A stretch of 63,575 bases of DNA, the filler included, from Octopus bimaculoides (taxonomy: Eukaryota), in NCBI RefSeq assembly GCF_001194135.2. It is 7 parts of 6 records of this genome, joined end to end, with 100 filler letters (N's around TTAATTAATTAA, not from the genome) between each part and the next. Parts side by side here need not be neighbours in the genome. Positions count along the whole stretch, not along the records: positions 48,532 to 63,575 come from NC_068985.1; 6 more parts are not named here. The stretch is one strand, 5' to 3'. The notes under the pieces are model-generated. The model was given only the letters and a program-made list of their open reading frames with translations. It searched no databases and was not told the DNA's origin. Positions 63,230-63,575 of the stretch are shown piece after piece. How positions within the stretch are numbered: position 1 is the first letter of the stretch; every line of letters begins with the position of its first letter. The translations under genes were made by a program, and so were the position numbers.

Positions 63230-63575
63230 TACAGTATTTACATTATTTACATTATCTACATTTGACGGATATTCGTCCTCATCTTGTTTGTTGTCAACAC
63301 AACGTTTCGGCTGATATACCCTCCAGCCTTCGTCAGGTGTCTTGGGGAAATTTCGAACCTGGGTTCTCATTCCTATCGATGTTACTATTATTATTATTAT
63401 TATCATTATTATTATTATTATTATTAATCAGGTCGCTGCCGTGAATCGAACTCGGAACCTTGGGGTTAGTAGCCCGCGCTCTTAACTACTACGCCATATG
63501 CCCGTGGGCAATTATGGGGTGAATTTTAAAGCTTATAAATCTATTATTTTTCTATCCTTCCTCAATACCGGTTCC
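63230..63575 (-). mobile_element. Penelope-like element end with tRNA-like segment (63430-63503), (AAT)n and hammerhead; continues beyond the window
   Basis: A box TGGCGTAGTAG, B box GAGTTCGATTC, CU-ACU-AA anticodon-like loop, and the hammerhead. Upstream EPVLRKDRKIIDL* may be an ORF end. Confidence 0.55.
63296..63341 (-). ncRNA. Minimal type I hammerhead ribozyme motif with intact catalytic core
   Basis: GACAC-CUGACGA-A-GGCUG(GAGGGUAUAU)CAGCC-GAAA-C-G-U-U-GUGUU. Stem I 5 bp, stem II 5 bp, loop-less palindromic ACGU stem III. Confidence 0.7.

Noticed and set aside
63430-63503. Functional tRNA gene
   Set aside because: The acceptor stem does not pair and the sequence is embedded in a repeat. 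Treated as tRNA-derived, as are all SINE heads in the window.

Overview
Eukaryotic, AT-rich, gap-ridden genomic DNA. The SINE/LINE families and very dense (TA)n, (CA)n, (TATG)n and trinucleotide microsatellites point to a coleoid cephalopod, most likely Octopus (inference). The one confidently identified gene is the 3' part of importin-7 (IPO7/moleskin-like) on the minus strand. Ten spliced coding exons lie between 61896 and 50716, all GT-AG with consistent phases. The 5' part lies beyond the window and the last exon was not found. The rest is mostly repeats: three tRNA-derived SINE families plus a (GAT)n-tailed retroposon with 5' tandem monomers, and decayed Tx1/L1, RTE, CR1 and R4/Dong LINEs. 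There are also piggyBac, Tc1/mariner, MULE-like and Helentron-like DNA elements, several long inverted repeats and a C2H2 zinc-finger relic. Candidate exons of an unidentified minus-strand gene lie at about 15.8-33.4 kb. The most interesting signals are: (1) a core-intact minimal hammerhead ribozyme about 100 nt downstream of a tRNA-like Pol III promoter in a Penelope-like element inside an IPO7 intron, plus two degenerate hammerheads elsewhere; (2) an R4/Dong-type retroelement whose copies sit in (TATG)n tracts; (3) a 662-bp TIR element with an 8-bp TSD and telomere-like repeats; (4) a 240-bp-arm inverted repeat. Almost all entries in the supplied ORF track are microsatellite, SINE or N-gap artefacts.
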